From NCBI RefSeq assembly GCF_964355755.1, contig NC_092675.1:27190912-27254911 (forward strand): DNA of 64,000 nt, written 5' to 3'. The stretch's first letter is position 1, and each line of letters opens with the position of its first letter. The position numbers and the translations under genes were made by a program. Shown here one piece after another: positions 32,401 through 44,042 of the stretch. This stretch comes from Antedon mediterranea. Taxonomy: Eukaryota > Animalia > Echinodermata. The notes beneath the pieces are model-generated. The model saw only the letters and a program-made list of their open reading frames with translations. It did no database searches and was not told where the DNA came from.

Positions 32401-35237
32401 AAATAAAGTATGGCATACAAATAAAATAGGTCATTTTGCAATTTTTTAGCAGGTAAAATCGTTTAACTATTATTATTTAATGTGACATGAATTGAAAATG
32501 GCATATTCAACAGCAATTGGTTTTTTTTAAATCATTTTTTTAGGGTAATCTGTAAACTGGTTTCTGAATGTACAGTGCATTAAGACAAGCACACTTCCAT
32601 TATTATGGTGTATATACAGTACTGTAGGATTTTTAACTGGTGTACTTTTTTTGTGTTTAAATGTAGACAACAAGATACTGTAAAGCGTAATGAACAGTAA
32701 ACTATGATAGACTGCAATATTAATAATTCTGTACAGCAAACCTCAAGTAAACAACATAGCTACTGTATTTTTAAAAACTGGAATGGAATCTGGAAATATT
32801 ATTAACACCATATCAAACAAGGCCAACAGCCATAAGTCGCGTGCTAAAACGCATAGTGATACCGGACCGACAGACAGACCGACAGACATAGTGAACTATA
32901 GAGTCGCGTCCACGCAACTAATAATGGACTGTCATCATATATTAACAGTACAACACATGGAAGACAACCTTCAATTTCTAAAATACAGTTAAAGCAGTAA
33001 AACTGATGTGCAATTACAGTTACTGTAGTTAAAGAGTTGTCATAATAAACAATATACTGTAGATTTCTGATAAAACTCCTAGAAATTTTTTATTTTTTTA
33101 TTAATTATTTCACTTTTTTATCAAAGTGTATTATTACTAATGTCACATGAAAACGGCATTTTAACTACAAACATTTTCAACATCATTTCTTCAGAGTGCC
33201 ATTAACGTATTAAGGTAGGCCTACTGCAGTTGTGTTTTATAGGTTTTCTTCTGTCTTGGAATTCTTTTGTAAATGTAATAACACTGTAAAGGAATCTCTA
33301 GTAAAAGTTTAAAAAAGTCTTTGTCACAATTCTGTACATTCTAAAGCTATGGATTGGCTTAAGCCTGACCATTGTAATGCTTATTATTGTTATGTAACCA
33401 CCCCTTTGTGAATTGAATGTACAGTATTGCATCTTTCACTATCATAGAAAGAGCATTATTTAATGAAAACTATGCACTGGGAATGAGTGCTTTTCTTGTA
33501 ATGCTCCACTACATTTTATTACCGTACAGTACATCTGCCACAAGTTTTTTTAAATCACACTGGTTTATGTCTGTCTGATGTCAAAACTACAGTTTTTGAC
33601 CACATTATTTTAACCCATTCTAAGAATGTTATCCCTATGAATGCACACATGTTTACATTGTGTACAGTACATAGACTAAGGGCCTGTTCAGACCTACGGA
33701 TATATGCTAGCTTTCGTGTTGTACACGGAATACAACTGCATAGGTCTGAACCAGGAAAAGATTAGTGGAAGCAAGCTACTCTTACGACACTGATCTTTCG
33801 TTGGTTACAACAGATCAAGGTACAAGATTAGTAAACGTTGCTTACAACTTTGACCTCTAACCAATCAAATTTACTCCTGCATACCAGATGTTCGTCCAGA
33901 TTAGTGACACTTCAGTCTAAAAGCGTTACTTAAGCAAATCTGAACACACTGTCTGTTGTTACAACACTAATTATAAAATGACATTGCTTGCGATATGAAA
34001 GCATAACTCCATGGATCTGAACATACAGTATCCTAAATTAAATTGTTTTTGTAGGACATGGATCATAATTTTGTATCCATTTTTTATCAATTGGTAGAAT
34101 TCGAAACTCCATGATTGCTGCTCATTTTATTTGTATCTGCTTAATGTATGGTTTGTTAATAATGTTATTAAATATATTAAAAGTTTAAAATTAAAAACAT
34201 TGAATGTCCTATAAATAGAGAAATGTCTATAGTATTTCTAGTACAGTAGGATAACATGGTTCAACATTTAGTGTTAACTGGTCTAGGATCTACCTAGCTA
34301 GTAGTACCAGGTCGTTATATTTCCTTTCTGAATTAATTTTACTGCCATACTGTAAATAATAAAACATAAAATGATATTTCACAAGAGTTCCCAAATAAAA
34401 CATAAACTGTAAAGTGTAAACAAACAATAAAAGCAAATACAGTCAACTCTACCAATTTTGACTAACCGGAAATGCAGAAAATGCAGACTTTTCTGAGGTC
34501 TGAAATGTTCTTTCTAAATTAATACATTCTGAATACAGACTTTCGGATTCAAGACGTATTAGGTCAGTCCAAAGGGTGTCGGGTATTGGGAGACGAGAGA
34601 TAAATATGTACAAAATACACAAATGAAAAAAAAAGAGAAAACAAAACACTGAATACTGTATTGATGTGTTTATGATTGCAGTAAGCACAAATATATTACT
34701 ATCTTTATAAAAAGGAACTAAAGATCAACCGTAGTTTGTTTGGAACGGACTACTGTACTACTAGAACAAAAAATTAATGATTAATCCTAGCCTATGAAAG
34801 ATGTATTCATTACTTACGCCTACAGGCTACACTACAGTATATTTAAATATTATGAAAATAATATAAAATAGAGAGGTGGACATTTTATTAAAAATGAAAA
34901 TTATTTTAAACAAACCTACCTGCATTGACGTATATGCTAACTCAGTATCAACAATATCTCTAAATTGGTTGGCTAAAACTCCAGCTTCTGTTATCAATTT
35001 CATTGAGATTTCAGCATTCGAAATGTCACCTTTATTTATATTTTCGTTTTGGGAATTCCTACCACCACCGCCGCCCAAATTCTGATAAATATCGTGTCCT
35101 AAATGAATTGAATAACTAGACATGCTAGAATTATTCAACTGATTAGATTTCTTTGCTTGATCAGAAGTAGTAAGAACAAACATACAAGAAGTTAACAACA
35201 AACTTCTCGTAAACATATTTAGCCTCATCGCCGCCAT
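11497..35237 (-). CDS. CACHD1: VWFA and cache domain-containing protein 1 (alpha2delta-like), 24 exons: 35237-34920, 30911-30849, 29220-29057, 28746-28640, 27540-27393, 25577-25433, 25212-25077, 21763-21665, 21324-21190, 20596-20439, 20029-19897, 19451-19302, 19165-19045, 18809-18565, 17993-17851, 17273-17176, 16910-16716, 16377-16255, 14708-14609, 14186-13935, 13762-13650, 13350-13091, 12637-12389, 11969-11497; ~1375 aa
   Basis: Signal peptide, VWA (RPVYASSVRPQQKKVVILI), Cache motifs (FSLPYMD; RMYPGTLLDKDYEPSQRSWY..A...PGLVTVSSPYLDVGGGGYVVTISH), Cys-rich region, TM helix (GPMAGGLMGFIVVLALSFFIYRH), cytosolic SDHGYSTM motif; exon lengths sum to 4128 nt (multiple of 3), GT-AG borders. Confidence 0.93.
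12717..13026. mobile_element. Tc1/mariner-like MITE (CAGT...ACTG, TA flanks) with nested Harbinger-like MITE at 12744-12901
   Basis: TA-CAGTGCATTCC ... GGAGTTCTACTG-TA; inner TIR GGTTCGCACTAG/CTAGTGGGAAAC. Confidence 0.55.
15145..15394 (-). mobile_element. tRNA-derived SINE with A-rich tail
   Basis: Minus strand has B box GGTTCAATCC, a LINE-like 3' tail (GGCGAGTTACTCGC hairpin) and an (AAAAAAAAT)n tail. Confidence 0.6.
15751..16060 (+). mobile_element. tRNA-derived CORE/Meta-like SINE with L2-like tail
   Basis: A box TGGCGCAGTG, B box GGTTCGAATCC, body CCTTAGGCAAG...CCACCCAGGTGTATAAATGGG, tail AGCGCTT...GGCGCTATATAAAT..TATTAT. Confidence 0.75.
18045..18378 (+). mobile_element. Near full-length Deu/Nin-domain-like tRNA-derived SINE
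   Basis: Degenerate tRNA head, CTCGGATAAAGACTATAAACCGTAGGT...GCACTTTAAA body, AAAT-repeat tail. Confidence 0.6.
20764..21102. mobile_element. Tc1/mariner-like MITE with internal ~80-bp tandem repeats (related copy 27636-27804)
   Basis: CAGTAAG...CTTACTG ends, TA on the left flank; repeated AGGGGACAC..CTATT motif. Confidence 0.6.
22014..24976. mobile_element. Non-autonomous EnSpm/CACTA-like DNA transposon in CACHD1 intron 7
   Basis: TIRs CCCTTTGCAAAAAA(A/G)CCGTATACG, 2-bp CA duplication (22012-13 and 24977-78), subterminal arrays of palindromic CGTATACG at both ends; no transposase ORF. Confidence 0.75.
31972..32083 (+). mobile_element. Short HINE/DINE-1-like element (inverted copy 32815-32921; longer truncated relative 52066-52551; variant 54640-54746)
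   Basis: TTTTTAGTCGCGTGGACGCGACT hairpin, GTCG/GTCT microsatellite, CACGC(G/A)ACT subTIR, 3' GGC..GGCCTTGTT. Confidence 0.7.
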
Positions 35238-36894
35238 CTTTAACTTTCTTATTGAGTTGACACCACCCTGCAGCACCGCACACACTGCATGCAATTAGGC
35301 TAGTTTTTGTTCTTAAGCGAGTGTGTGTGAGGCTAGGCTAAGTTACTTCTACAAACAAATCCTGCCTTTTCCATCGTCGAATTCAATACGCCATTTCATC
35401 AGCATACACCTATATGAATAAATGTAAAATTAAGATAATCATCTATTCCATCAATTCCTCTATTTTTTGTTAAAAAACAAGTTACATTCCAAAAAAAACT
35501 CTGCCTTCCATTGATGCTTGTATCGTGTGTTTACTTAATTTTTACTTAACTCGAGAGGGCGACATTACAAAATTTGGCAGAGCCACTTTTATAATCAATA
35601 TTGTTGGGTGGAGCACGGTGATATAGAATAGAAATAAGTGACTGCATTTTAATATATTTTCGTATGTTAATAAACTGGGCTCAAAAGTGGACCCAATTTG
35701 GTGCTATAAAATAAAAATAACTCACTGCATTTTAATATTTTTTCGTATGTTAACATACTGTGCTCAAGTGGACCCAATTTGGCGCCAGCGGAGCACATTG
35801 ATATAAAATACAAATAAAGTAACTGAATTTTGATATCTTTCTGTATGTTAATACCAACAACTCCCTGTTAATACATTGTGCTTAATTGAACCCAATTTAA
35901 CACCAGAGGAGCACAGTGGTATATAAAAATAAAGTCATTAAATTTTAATAAATGTAAGAAACAACAATATCCTTTGTGTTCCCTTAAGCAGAGTCAATAT
36001 TCATTACTTTCCATAAAAAAAAATATATATATATCCGTAGAGGTTCGAACCCAGGCTGCTGACAGCACCCAAACCTGAGAATTACCCATTAAGCCACAAA
36101 GTAGTAGATGACTGAACAGCTGATAATAGTCTATTTATACGTGTATTACGCAATTCATCATTACATCATAAATATCCTATTAAACTTGTTAAAACCAAAA
36201 TGACCATTGTCCTGGTGTGAGTCTTTTGTTTCATATAATAACAATAATAACCTGGATTTATATAGCGCCTAATGTTGTGAAAAAACTGATAAAACTGATA
36301 AAACTGATAAAAATACTTTTATTGCAACTTTTGGGTTGAATTATACAAAAATATATACTTAGACTTAAATGAAAAAATATATCAAATCCATCAACGATAT
36401 AAATCAAAAAACACAAAAACATGGAACAACAGACAAAATGAAGTCAAGTCAGGGAACGAAGCGACTGTGCAGGGATATATAAGTATGCTTACCACTTGTG
36501 AAAGAGACCAAAGTTTACAATAAAATTTTTTGATCGTTCCGTTTTTATTTTTGGAATGCAAAATTCTTTAACTTGTCTTAAATTGTATCTAGATTTAGGC
36601 GCTTTTGGAAGAAGGTGATGAAGTCTATATGGGAAGGGTTTTTAAGTTTCTGATAGTAATCCTTGCACAGTCTAGTTCGACGTTCACATAGCACAGGCAC
36701 ATTACATTGAGCCATTGCTTTGTTGTAACTGAGCTCTGGGAACGTGATTCTAAGCGCCCTTCGTTGGATACTTTCCAGTTGGTCAGACTGCAATTTAGTT
36801 AATCACGTTCCCCAAACGGGGACGGCGTATTCTAGTACAGGTCTGATAACACAACAATAGAAATAGCATAAGGCTTGGGCGTCTAGACCGGACC

Positions 36895-38153
36895 GCGATT
36901 TTTTTTTTCGTACATAAGTTGGGGACCCCATCATGAAACGTCACAAAATAAACATGAATAATTCATCAGTTAAATTTTCTTGTTCCGTGTGCACCCAAGC
37001 GTATAGCAACAAGAAGTGATTACACAAGTGCGGTACGATTCTAGGCCTATCTCCGCTGTGGTTGCCGCGTGCGATTTCATAATAGAATAGCGGAGTTTTG
37101 TGTGGATTGTCGAAATAATCAGCCTTTAGTTTATGGTGTTTTTAATATAGTTTATTACTAAAGAATTACGTGTTAAAATTATAGTTTCTATTGATACTAT
37201 TAGGCCTAATTACTAGTCTCTAAACCCCTGTATATTCTAGTAGTAGCTGTGTGGGTGTGTCTGACTTGTGTCTTTGGGCTATGTCATGTCCAATTACTAC
37301 TTAGTTTAATGTTTTGCCTAGCTGTCGATTAGCCTCGACACATTTTGCATAGTGGACGTGTGTGTGAAGAAGAGTGCGCGAAGGCAATCACGTGAATTGA
37401 CCTAGAATCCTAGGCCTATTATTGTAGAAAGAATCGTATCGCAGTTGTTGTTCCGTGTGCACCCAAGCGTTCTTGGACATAGCCCAAAGAAAGCTTAGAC
37501 CCACAAGAATAAAGAATGTGTTTAATTTGTGTACTGTATTTTTTTAATTCTGCTATCAATTATCAAACAATATGCAATGTACTCAAAGGAACTTTAAAAA
37601 TGCGCGTATATGAACACATGAGATGGGAAGATTTGACCCACGAGAATAAAAAATGTATTTTTGTGTAATGTTTATTGTTTAATTTTGCTGACTTATTACT
37701 CGGATTGTGTCATACCAAAGATAGTGTAACTATTACCAAAGATAGTGTACGGTATAATATAGTGTAACTATCTTTTTGGTCATACCTAACACACACACAC
37801 GTCACACACATCCACACAGCAACTACTAGAATAGACATGGGTTTAGAGACTAATAATTAGGCCTAATAGTATTAATAGAAACTATAATTTTAACACGTAA
37901 TTCTTTAGTAATAAATTATATTAAAAACACCATAAACTTACTAAAGGCCGATTATTTCGACAATCCACACAAAACACCGCTATTCTTCAACAGCGGAGAT
38001 AGGCCTAGAATCGTACCGCACTTGTGTAATCACTTCTTGTTGCTATACGCTTGGGTGCACACGGAACAAGAAAATTTAACTGATGAATTATTCATGTTTA
38101 TTTTGTGACGTTTCATGAGGGGGTCCCCAACTTATGTACGAAAAAAAAATCGC
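36895..38153. mobile_element. Non-autonomous Mutator/MULE-like element with ~360-bp imperfect TIRs
   Basis: TIRs about 36895-37260 and 37800-38153; 9-bp TSD GACCGGACC at 36886-36894 and 38154-38162. Confidence 0.85.
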
Positions 38154-38397
38154 GACCGGACCGGCGCAATTGTTTAAGGAAATATAACCGTGAGTTTGAT
38201 TTAGCTATCAAAGAATCAATATGGGGTTGCCATGATAAATTGTCACATAAAATAATTCCAAGGAGCTTAGTACGGCAAACCTGGTTAACACTACATTTAT
38301 TAATAATTAGAGGATTAAATATCGACTTGTTTTTCTTACAACTCACAATTAATTCACATGTTTTTTTAGCATTGAGGGTCATATGGTTAAGCCGAGT

Positions 38398-40021
38398 CAG
38401 GGGTGGCGCCAGGATCTTCCCGACGCGGGGGCTACATTCTCCGACGAGGGGGCTATGCGAGCGAAGCGAGCATCACTAGGCTGGGGGCCAGGGGGCCGCC
38501 AAGGGCCCCCGGTGGGGGTCCAGGGGGGCGAAGCCCCCGGAAGCAACGCGTTCTAGCGTCATTTGAGGTCATTTTAATCAGATTTAGGGTAGCCATTTTT
38601 TCCATTTTTTATAATGCATAAATAAAATACTGCGTGCAAAAAAACGATGCGCGATGACTGTTTCAATCCATATTTTTTCAATTTAAAAAATAAAAGTTCA
38701 AAGAAAATTTAGAAAAATAGAGTTGGAGGTCCCGGAAATTGGACTTATTATACTTCAAAACATGAAATAAAATATATAAGTCCCTATCAAGGTTGTGACT
38801 GAGCTAAGAAATGTTTGAAAAATAGAGATGTTAGGTCCCGGAAAATGCACTTCTTGTACTTCGAAATATGACCAGCTTTATTGTTGGGGCTGAGCTAAGA
38901 AACTGTTTAAAACTAGAGCTGCAGGTCTTCAAAAAATTGCATTTTATACTTCGGAAACATCAGGCATAGAGGCTTAAAAAACGCAAGCGTAGAACTTTTT
39001 CAGTCGGGGAAATAAGTTTATTCCTCCCAACAAGTGTATGCGTGCGTACCATCTGGACTTCCGAGTGGTGAGAAATTCATGACATACAGGACATTGAAAA
39101 TGTAATAACTTAGCTATAATAAGATGTTGGCTAAGCGAAAATGGCATGTTTTTTTGTTTAGTAATGGATGAAAAATTTATTTTAGGTGCCCCACGGTACA
39201 GAATGTTACTTGTAAATAAAAAAAAATGGTGAACATACGAACAATTAACATAATTCGTTTTTGCTGTAGTGTAGCGTACGTCGACGCAGTACACGACGTA
39301 ACCGTCAGTAAACTTAGCCTGGAAAATAACTACAGTACACATTTTGGTCCCTGGATGGAACATGATATCACGCGTCTCGACCCAACGTTGAACGATTCGT
39401 ACAAAGGGATACCGCCAGACAAGTGCGAACCTAGCTATTGTTTAGTAGTAAGTTAGATCGCTGGCAATAATGAGTGCTTATAAAGTGCATAATATCACTC
39501 TGACGTACTCTCTCACGGTCAATGAAACGTCGCGGTTTTCTAGGCGCTGAAGCTTGCTACGAAGTGAACGCGAACGCTTTTTACTGTATATTATATTCCC
39601 CGACAAAAAGTACCCGTGTTTTCTTCGGTAACCGTCGGTAAACTTCGCCTGGAAAATAACTACATTACACATTTTGGTCCCTGGATGGAACTTGATATCA
39701 CGCGTCTCGACCCAACGTTGAACGATTCGTACAAAGGGATACCGCCAGACAAGTGCGTACCTAGCTAATGTTTAGTAGTAAGTTAGATCGCTGGCAATAA
39801 ATGAATGCATAAAAGTGCATAATAGCACTCTGACGTACTCTCACGGTCAATGGAACGTCGTGGTTTTCTAGGCGCTGAAGCTATATGAAGTGAACGCGAA
39901 CGTTTTTTACTGTATATTATATTCCCCGACAAAAAGTACCCGTGTTCCCCGACGGGGGGGCTAGGCTCCCCGACGAGGGGGCTAGAGCCCCCGTAGCCCC
40001 CCCCCGCTGGCGCCACCACTG
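38398..40021. mobile_element. Non-autonomous hAT-like element with internal ~330-bp tandem duplication
   Basis: TIR CAG(G/T)GGTGGCGCCAG; 8-bp TSD AGCCGAGT at 38390-38397 and 40022-40029; duplicated blocks about 39298-39625 and 39628-39946. Confidence 0.85.
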
Positions 40022-40339
40022 AGCCGAGTCCATGCAAGGGCCGAGTTAGCTATATTTTGCAAGTTACTATTGGACAGTTTAGACACCCTTTCGAAAACAG
40101 TAGTATCATCCATAAATTTAACACATGGTTTACCATTTAAAAGGTCATTGATAAAAATAATAAACATAATAGGGCCAATCCACGACCCCTGGGGTATGCC
40201 TCCGTTTGGCGATAGCCATTCAGAAAGACTATCACCAATTTTAACACGTTGTTGTCGGTTATACCTCGAAGCGCTGAACATTATTACCCCAGTAATTTTT
40301 TCATGATCAAACCCCTATGGAAACATACTCCCATAATGC

Positions 40340-43300
40340 AGCTAGTAATCAGCGCAAAGTTGTGTCATGTAAAGTGCAATTTTTTTTCGGGCGGGAACCG
40401 ATGCACCTCTATTTTTCAAAATTGTCTTTGCTCAGTCCCAAGCATGGTGGGGTACTGAAGATTCTTGTTGTTTGAGAAAATGAGAGATGTCATTTCCGGG
40501 TACCTTGCAGCTAACTCTATTTTAAACAGTTTGGTAGCCATGCGTTGTTATGCAAATGAGTTTGTGCAGGTGTATTATGGGGAAGATGGTATGTTAGTCA
40601 TTCGCGGTCAACACGCCACAAATTTTGATGCTGTTAATCTTTACATTAGAAGATTGTTCAAATCATGTAAATAAAACATTTTCCGGGCGAGAACCTATCA
40701 GCTCCTCTGTTTTAGTTTGCAAAAGTAATCGAAAGGAACTCCATGTTGAAAAAAAGCCCACCCAAGAGTACTAAAAATGAAGGAGTACACGAGGTTTTAT
40801 GGCAGTCTGTTTAGGCCTGACATTTACAACTCAAAATATCTCTCTTTCAAAATAAAAGAAAAACAATATTCATTATTTTCCATAAAAAAAATATCCGTAG
40901 AGGTTCGAACCCAATCTACAAGAACGGAGAGCACCCAAACCTGAGAATTACCCGTTTAGCCACAAAGTAGTACATGACTGAACAGCTGATAATAGTCTAT
41001 TTATACGTGTATTACGTAATTCATCATTACATCATAAATATCCTATTAATAACCTTGTTAAAACCAAAATGACCAGTTAGCTCAGGCGACTGAGCGTCGT
41101 GTTGACAACACGCATGTCGTGGGTTCGATTCCCACGCTGGTCGGTGGAATAGAGTTAAAGGCATGCGGCCACTGTGTTTGGGGTTCACAGATTATACGTC
41201 CCCCTTTCCACCACACATCATGAGGCGACAACATCAATGCATCTGGTGATGTGCTGGAAACGACCCCAAAAGGCTGTGGCAGGGCCTTAGTGCTGAGGCA
41301 GGGAGAGCACATTTGACATCTTTTTTTTTATTTCATTTTTTTTTTCCAACCTGTATTCGAGCTCGTGAATGTTATGTTTGTCGCCCTCAATTTTGATTTA
41401 ATTTCCACGCAGGTGTACGAAACGGTTTGGTATGCCGTGCGTTGTTATGCAATGGTTGTGCAGGTGTAATGGGAAATTCGCGGTCAACACGCCATCAGTG
41501 TTAAATTTTGATTTTGTTAATCAATGTCCGATTCATGCAATATATATATACAGTGATATAAAATAACTTAAGTAACTGCATTTTAATATCGTTTTTGTAT
41601 GTTAATACACTGTGCTCAAGTGAACCCAATTTTCTACAAGGGAGCACAGTGGTATATAGAAATAAAGTCACGAAAATGCTAATATCTTATTCGTAGCCTA
41701 CTCAATGAATCCATTTGGCACGAGCGGAGCACAGTGATATTAAATTGAAATAAAGTCACTAATTGAAATACCTTAGCGCACAGTTGAGCACAGTAAAATA
41801 ATCACAATATACAAAAAAATTCATTTATAAAAACTCTAATAATGAATTGGATTTTTTCTGTAAATTGAGCAACAATTAAACATACAACAAGAAATTGAAT
41901 TCGCAGTCCTTTTTTTAATTCAAAATAAATGTTAATATATCACTGTGATAGTTGAAATTTTAACATTATCATAATTATCATAGGTGATTATGTATAGTAA
42001 TAAGTATAAGTATAAGTGCAATTCTGGGCTCTATTTTCAATGTTAGCTCTGCCTCAACCATGGTGGACTAGTACTGGAGACTTAATATTTAATTTCATAT
42101 TTCAATTAATAGGTGCACTTTCCGTGGACAAGCTCTATCCTTTGTTTCATATAATTTCAAATCATGTAAAGTGCCATTTTTTTCAGGCGGGAACCTATGC
42201 AGCTCTATTTTTTAAAAGCATGGTGAGTACTGAAGATTCTTATACATGTTGATTAAAAAAATTATAATTGTCATTTTCGGGGGACCTTGCAGCTCTATTT
42301 AAAACAGTTTGGTATGCCGTGCGTTGTTATGCACAGGTGTATTATGAGGAAGATGGTATGTTAGTCACTCGCTGAAAACACGCCGCTCCGTTAATGTCAA
42401 CACGCCGCGCCACAATGTTAAATGTTGATGTTAATCTTTACATTAGAACTTATTTCAAATTATGTAAATACAACATTTTCCGGGCGGGAAGAACCTAGCA
42501 GCTCCCCTCTTTTAGTTTGCAAAAGTTATCTCGAAAAGAAGAACGGAAGAGAGCCCATCTAAGTGTACTAAAAATGAAGGAGCACATGAGCTTCTTTTCG
42601 AGGTTTTATGGCAGCAGTCTATTTAATAGAAAATAATGCCATGAGACTTTGTTTATGATTTTTAAAAAAAGGTCCACTTATTTAGGCCTAACATTTACAA
42701 CCTTGCAAAGTAAAAGAAAAAATATTCATTGTTTTCAATAAAAACAAAAATTCCGTAGAGGTTCGAACCCAATCTACACCAGAGCTGAGAGCACTAAAAC
42801 CTGAGCCTTACCCGTTAGGCTACAAAGTAGTACATTACTGAACAGCTGATAATAGTCTAGTTATACCTGTATTACGTAATTAATATTAGATCATTAATAT
42901 CCTCTTAACCTTGTTAAAAACAAAATGATCAGTATGACCACGTATGTCGTGGATTCGACGCTGGTCAGTGGAATAGAGTTAAAGGTATGCGTATGTTGCT
43001 ACATTGGTAGCGAAATATCCGATTCATGCAAGATATTGTATTGTAATAAATATGTTACGAATAAACGTTTATGGTAGTTAGTCCAATAATAAACATGTTT
43101 TAAACAGATAGTTGATCTCCGATGGTGTTTGTATGGGGGTTAATAGAGAGTGAAATAAGATTAAATATAGAACATTTGCAAAGATGCCGAGTTATAGACC
43201 AATTTAGAAGCTTAGACTAATTCCGCCGCCGGGCTAGGTATTATGCATATACGAAGTCGAGTTTTTAAAGTAGAAAACCCACCTAAAATGTTGAAGTCGC

Positions 43301-43385
43301 GTCTGGATAGTTGAAATGTTAACATTATCATAATTATCATAGGTGATTATGTATAGTAATAAGTATAAGTATAAGTACAATTCTA
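40340..43385. repeat. Local degenerate segmental duplications (40340-41165 vs 42140-42990; 41947-42025 vs 43307-43385; partial copy 35995-36207)
   Basis: Long colinear similarity, e.g. TCATGTAAAGTGC..GGCGGGAACC..GCAGCT and CCGTAGAGGTTCGAACCC..CTGAACAGCTGATAATAGTCTA. Confidence 0.75.
41071..41143 (+). tRNA. tRNA-like cloverleaf with GAC (Val) anticodon on a tRNA-Ile-like body; probably a SINE head or pseudo-tRNA
   Basis: GACCAGT/GCTGGTC acceptor stem, GCTC/GAGC D stem, CGTG-TTGACAA-CACG anticodon arm, GTGGG-TTCGATT-CCCAC T arm; D-loop AGGCGACT is non-canonical; nearest T-run only at ~41320. Confidence 0.5.
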
Positions 43386-44042
43386 AGCTCCACCGGTGCC
43401 AAATTTGATCCACTGGACCAGTTACCGTAGTCAGAAATGATCGACGAATCAGATTTGAACCGCATACTTGATATTCGGGCAGATAAAAATCAGGATGAGT
43501 TAAATTTCCCTGATAAAAATTAAATAGTAAACGCCTTCGTCTCTCGAACGAACTCCTAAAAAACCCTCGGTATTATTCGAACAAATACGGTGTGTATTCA
43601 TTGTAAAATATATGATTCACTGGTCACGGCGTTCCAAATCCAAATATCGTCATCAGGGAGCAATGATTAATGAGAACTGAACTCACTTTTGCAATATTTT
43701 TCATAAAATTGCACAAATTCTTTGTCATCTGTTTTGGATACAATAGCAAATCAGAAGCCGAGCTAGTACAGGTGTGGACATACTTGTTCGTTACGTAATA
43801 GAAACAAAACGTAGGAACAGTAGCAGTTACAAATAAATACAGTGCTTCTATAATAATAAGCTTGTTATAGTACTACATAAGTACATAAATCAAAACAGAA
43901 ACCATAAGCAGAAACAATCATGGCTGAACGGCCTAAAGCCGAACAGGAGACACGTTGAAGCTTCTAAAACGGTAAGGTAGGCTTAGACCTATTTATAATA
44001 AAATAATAAAATATAATATAGAAGTAGGCCATATGTAATTAA

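Larger units (their letters stand above)
36282..40261 (-). mobile_element. 5'-truncated L2/Crack/CR1-group LINE (RT C-terminal half) in three pieces, inserted into a SINE tail
   Basis: Joined translation GIPQGSWIGPIMFIIFINDL..KFMDDTT..LAWTRL|NHMTLNAKKT..KLLGI..RLYFLKQLRRSG|L..IRPVLEYAVPVW..LESIQRRALRI; (ATCAGTTTT)3 tail at 36281-36310. Confidence 0.85.

Noticed and set aside
35238-35294. Upstream extension of the CACHD1 first ORF (MHAVCAVL...)
   Set aside because: AAGATGGCG at 35237 has strong initiation context and begins a signal peptide; the extension is unsupported
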